This document shows positions 60,201 through 64,000 of a stretch of DNA of 64,000 nucleotides, piece by piece. The notes under the pieces were generated by a model. That model worked only from the letters and a program-made list of their open reading frames with translations, was not told the DNA's origin and did no database searches. Every line of letters begins with the position of its first letter. Position 1 is the stretch's first letter. The DNA comes from Marsupella aquatica (Eukaryota > Plantae > Marchantiophyta), in contig OZ316894.1 of NCBI GenBank assembly GCA_973895155.1, positions 14,089,680 through 14,153,679 of the forward strand, written 5' to 3'. The translations under genes were made by a program, and so were the position numbers.

Positions 60201-63200
60201 CAACATAAGTCCTAACATCTACTAGGATTCAAGGCCATCAATAGAATTGTTGAATCCGTTCATAGGTAGCTCAAATCCCTTCGTAGCCAGAAGCCTCAAA
60301 GTCATGGCACTTTTGCAAAACCTTCTGCATGTCTCATCATCATCGACTACCTTCAAGGGTACAAGTCCTTGCTTCTTTGGTCTCTTCCACAAGTATCCAT
60401 CTCTAAGAAAAAACCATAGGCCTTCTTCCTAATCCTCTCAAACTCCTCTTAGTTCCACTCATTTTTTGTTTTTAAAGTGCTAAGGTACTCTCCTAGCACT
60501 GCAAAATGAGTGGAATACAATTCCGCCTTGAACTCCACATGCTCAAACTCACTCTTAATTTTCTCCTTCCTCTTATGACTAGCAACGGACACACACCTAT
60601 CTACACTTACACATAACTCACACCCCTCAAACTTGGCTCTCAAAAGCATGTCTACTACTAGATTGTTCTTACCCAAAATATGCTCTAATTTAGGATTGAA
60701 TATGCAAATGAAAGCAATCCATCTGAGCATGGCAATATCAGGGGCATCACAATTAGCAATCATACCAAGCAAAGGAAGGCGATCAGTCTGCAATACTACA
60801 TGTGCTCCTATCAAATAATCCTTCTCTTGTTTGAGGACACATTATGCTCCCCATAACTCTCTTTTGACCTATGGATACCTACAATGCCTCTCATTGAATA
60901 TCTTGGCACCAAACCTAGTAGCAAATATTTGGCCATCTCCATCTTCTTGGCCAAGTCCCCAACCTGCTGCCAAAGGACTAAAGTCAACAGTAAGAACAAT
61001 TGGCCTCCCACAAACGTAGTATGGTGGCATGCCTTGAAAACTAGTGGACTCATCACCGACTCCTTGAGCTTTGCCATAGCTCTCTCACACCCATCGCTCC
61101 ATCAAAACTTTACTTTCTTTCTAAGTAGCCCATACAATGGATCCGCTATGTACAGTGGGCAAAGTGAGGGATCCACACACAGTAAAACACACATACTCCT
61201 AAAAATCTCCTCGCCTCACTCACACTCTCACATGCTTTCATCTCTTGGATGGCTTTTGCCTGGTTAGGCAATCGCCCATAAGGTCCACACTGCTGCCCAA
61301 CCACTATGATCTCATGGAGTCCAAAGACTACTTTTCTCTTGACAAGTTGATCTCAACCTCAATCAAACGCTTAAGAATTTTAGTAACATCCTGAAGATGC
61401 TCCCAAACAAATTGTTGAAGCCCATCACTCCTTACACTCTCAACCTTTTCTTCCTCCTTGCATACTTTGATGGGGATATCATCAAGAAATGGCCTAGTCT
61501 TCTTATCCCGCTTCTTAGGAATGAATGCTTGGAGTATTTTGTTCATTGCATTCTGCATATGGGTAACAAAGTTAGTAGCACCTTGTGGTAAGGTGCACAT
61601 CATTCTTCAAAACTCCAAGAGGAATCCTCATGGTGGTGATGTCACTACTTCCTTTAGCTAACTAAAATTGGTCATAACCAGACTACAAATCTCCAATCGA
61701 GTAGATAGCTCTACTTGCAAATTCCTCAACAAATTTATCAACAATAGGTCTGGTTCCCATATTCCTAATGGTCACCTTGTTAGGTGGTTGCATATCATGA
61801 ATAAATCTCATCTTACCATTTTTCTTCCTAACAGTAAACCAACAATTTGAATATGGAACATCTGACCTCTCAAGGATCCTTGATTGAATCTTCTCTTTCA
61901 ACAATTCAATAACCTTTGGAAGCAGAGCTCTAGGTACAGGTAAAGGCTTAAGATCCAAAGGAATGTGAGAGACAGTAAATAATCATTGGAGCCACATCTC
62001 TAGGATTAACACATCCTATCTCATTGATCCAACACAAATGAAAAGCCTTTCCATGCACCCTTACCATTTCATGAAAAGCTAAAATCTCTACATCAATCAT
62101 TAGTCCATCATCTCCTATTCTCAATGTACTTAATGAGTCCTTTGTGAAAACGTGTTCAATACCTTCAGTTGGTCTCAAAGAAGGTTCTTCACTTGCCTTC
62201 TCAATCATCTCTCTTGCCTTGGGCGACAAAGGTATGGCAACAGGGAAAACCTTTTGCTCCACAATTTTGTACTTAGTGTGGACGGCCACATCAGGCCTTA
62301 ACAAATGTGTTAGCTCCAAATAGAACTCTCAACCAACCTCTATCTCACTTTCACCCGAGGTTAACAATATCACCCATAATCTGCACAAAAGAAGGGTTAT
62401 TGGCCTTCTCATAAAAAATGCCAAAAACTTGCTCATCATTTGGTAACTCACCTAAGTAGTGCATTCACTTCTCCCACTTACCCATCTTTTGGTTTTCCAC
62501 TGTTGAGCATCCTTCCCTACTTAAAAACAAAATCCAACTACACTTAGGAAACCCACAAAAGGAATTAGCAAACAACTAATCAGTATTTATATCACAAGAC
62601 GGAGAAATGAAACCGGTACCTTGCTCTCCCAACACATCAAACAAGGCACATAATTGAAATTCATTTTAGACTCCATCTCTCTCAACTCTCTCCTATGTCT
62701 CTTGTGGTTAGGGGAACAAGTAGGAAACTGCACAACCCTAAGGCCATCTCTACTTCAAATCTTAGCAAAGTTTCCATCATCCAAAACCTTGGTCTCCATC
62801 CTCATCTTAGTGATGCAATAATGAAGGTTAATATGCACAAAAACATTCATGGGCTTGAGAATGTTGCCCATCATAGTTGTTACTCTAGGACAAGCACCCC
62901 ACAAGGCATTCTGATCTCTGTTAATGCCATTCACACCCCACTCAATGTCTTGATCAGCTAAGACTTTTCCTTCATCATAAACCCTCATAGACATCAAGTT
63001 AACCTTAGACCCTGAGTCAATCAAAGCTCTCAAGGTCCCCTCAACACCTCAATCTCTACCTTAGTACAAGCCCTTGCCCAAAAGGATTCCATGAAGGACT
63101 TCTCTCCCCACCCTATGGACTCGTTGACAATACTGAGGGTAGCATCATACACCCTAGTCCAATTGTAAGCACTATCACTCATAGGTTCAAACTTCCTACT

Positions 63201-64000
63201 AATTGTAGAAAGCTCCTCATACTCATCTTCTACTTGATAACTATTTTTTTTACATTTTCTGGCGGAAACCAACCATGCATTTTCTGAACTTGAGAGGGGA
63301 GGCTCAACACTAGAAAAATAATCCTGAGTGCTTTTGACTTTGGCCTGACCTTCAACTTGCAACTCATCCTTCTCACACTCCCTCACCCGTTTAAGCCTAT
63401 CTTTCTCTACACAAGGTAGGTTAGGAGCAAGCTCACAAGGTTCCAAGTCACTAGCTCAAGTCCTTCTTTTTGCTAGTATTGGCACTGGCATTGTCTCCTC
63501 ATAATTTTCAAGAAATTTCATCCAATTACCATCCCCATCACTTTCACTTTCAGCTGATCCCTCCATGCTCTTGACTCTCAAACCCCTACTGTTGACTCCC
63601 AACTCATGGACTCAAGTAGGAAAAGTCCCTACCTCCCACACACTAGCATGGTAGGGAGACTTGTCACTAGTCTCTTGGTCTTGATCCTTAACCTCACTTG
63701 TCAAGGAAACAGACCCTTCCTTGTACACTCTCTTCTTCCTAGCCTTAGCTAGGATAGCCTCTTGAATCTCTTTCCTCATCACTCCAAAGAGCTCCTCATT
63801 AGTGAACCCTTGTGCCTCCTATTTCCAAAATTTTTGGGCAATGATATCAGGTTCAATTTCTCTCTCAACTTCTCTCCCTAGAACCCAACCTGGACTCTTT
63901 AAGGTTGCCTTAGCATCCTCAGCCTTCAATTGGGGAGGGGGCAAACCCTCCTTCTCAATTGGCAAATGCACATGCTCTGAAAACTGAACTTTCTTCTTGC
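57250..64000 (-). mobile_element. Decayed Ty3/Gypsy LTR retrotransposon (continues beyond window)
   Basis: The minus-strand order is protease (RALIDSGSKVNLMS, 62755-63033), RT (WFTVRKKNGKMRFIHD; LPQGATN; PFLDDIPIK, 61328-61958), RNase H (60449-61077), then integrase (LDIVHMP..YLVLAREDLSSYVEGR, 59877-60218; RWSGPFVV, 59145-59420). PR-RT-RH-INT is the Gypsy order. There are many stops and frameshifts, and the left boundary/LTR is uncertain. Confidence 0.88.

Overview
Land-plant (probably non-seed plant) nuclear DNA, mostly nested transposons, with one intact host gene. Positions 1-41 kb are a nest of at least six CACTA/EnSpm DNA transposons, delimited here by their CACTA...TAGTG termini and 3-bp target-site duplications (TSDs). 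They are: a complete 17.1-kb element B (8953-26054, TSD GAA); the right part of element A (ends at 8214); a + strand element C, into which both A and B are inserted (ends at 30536); two smaller internally deleted elements, D (34386-35987, TSD CAT) and E (36229-40877, TSD TTT); and a decayed terminus F at 32197. The most notable signal is a co-oriented cargo cassette upstream of the transposase in element B. It encodes a Cys/His-rich PHD-like protein, a stand-alone EDM2-type multi-PHD chromatin reader, a tandem-BRCT protein and an F-box protein (one premature stop). The PHD reader and the Cys-rich gene are also intact in element A, which has different termini. This is a candidate transposon-encoded chromatin-targeting or anti-silencing module. 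The nest also holds a captured RPL18a exon, a 5S rRNA-derived Pol III promoter core and three decayed copies of an unrecognised ~120-aa domain. To the right are a near full-length decayed L1 LINE (~43.7-49.7 kb), a 9-exon nucleoplasmin-FKBP (FKBP53-like) gene on the minus strand (50698-55559), a probable Helitron 3' end with a minisatellite, and a decayed Ty3/Gypsy retrotransposon running off the right edge. All family assignments come from motif recognition by eye; no database searches were run.
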